Source: Rhodospirillales bacterium (GTDB lineage: Bacteria; Pseudomonadota; Alphaproteobacteria; Bin95). From it: DNA of 29,898 bases. Position 1 is the first letter of the stretch. Every line of letters starts with the position of its first letter. This document shows positions 29,862 through 29,898 of this stretch, in pieces. The translations under genes and the position numbers were made by a program. The stretch covers positions 1-29,898 of the forward strand of contig JAYQLI010000008.1 of NCBI GenBank assembly GCA_038143065.1, read 5' to 3'. Under the pieces are notes generated by a model, which saw only the letters and a program-made list of their open reading frames with translations, had not been told where the DNA came from and did no database searches.

Positions 29862-29898
29862 ACTGAAAATCCTCGTGTCGGTGGTTCAAATCCGCCCC
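29862..29898 (+). tRNA. 3' half of tRNA-Phe(GAA), from the anticodon loop onward; att-site duplication, not an intact gene
   Basis: ACTGAAAATCCTCGTGTCGGTGGTTCAAATCCGCCCC contains the anticodon loop CTGAAAA, the variable loop and the T arm (GGTTCAAATCC). Upstream sequence has no D arm or acceptor 5' strand. Confidence 0.88.

Larger units (their letters stand above)
1..29898. mobile_element. Genomic island / integrative element inserted at tRNA-Phe (left boundary at or before window start)
   Basis: Tyrosine integrase near the left end. Isolated 3' half of tRNA-Phe at the right end. Exact 9-13 bp motifs shared between 879-954 and 29750-29798. Mosaic catabolic cargo and a second recombinase. Confidence 0.8.

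Noticed and set aside
29862-29898. Intact tRNA-Phe gene
   Set aside because: The 5' half (acceptor strand, D arm, 5' anticodon stem) is absent upstream, so it is kept only as an att fragment.
1-29898. CRISPR array, classical integron (IntI/attC), IS elements, conjugation or phage structural genes
   Set aside because: I saw no regularly spaced repeats, cas genes, transposases, attC-type arrays, or T4SS, relaxase or capsid motifs.

Overview
The window reads as most or all of a genomic island integrated at a tRNA-Phe gene, probably from a marine alphaproteobacterium (Rhodobacteraceae-like; inferred from protein resemblance only). A tyrosine integrase lies at the left end (1003-2236). The right end carries only the 3' half of tRNA-Phe(GAA) (29862-29898), and short motifs are shared between the two ends. 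Cargo block 1 (3010-10141) is a LysR regulator, a LeuCD paralog, a fluoroacetate-dehalogenase-type hydrolase and a DctPQM TRAP transporter, bracketed by related 13-bp inverted-repeat sites. Next is a backbone module (10389-~15500) with a short catalytic-domain-only tyrosine recombinase, DUF3768, an RFC/clamp-loader-like AAA+ ATPase and hypothetical genes. Cargo block 2 (15735-29668) is an inositol/sugar cluster: iolG, iolE, iolD, an SDR, an aldehyde dehydrogenase, an HpcH aldolase, a 2-hydroxyacid dehydrogenase, an ApsD-like dehydrogenase, a split ABC transporter and an RpiR-HTH/LacI-sensor hybrid regulator. It has no iolB, iolC or iolA. Many genes carry single-base frameshifts, probably long-read indel errors, so I rebuilt them by eye across frames and some ends are approximate. 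No database searches were run; family calls rest on recalled motifs.
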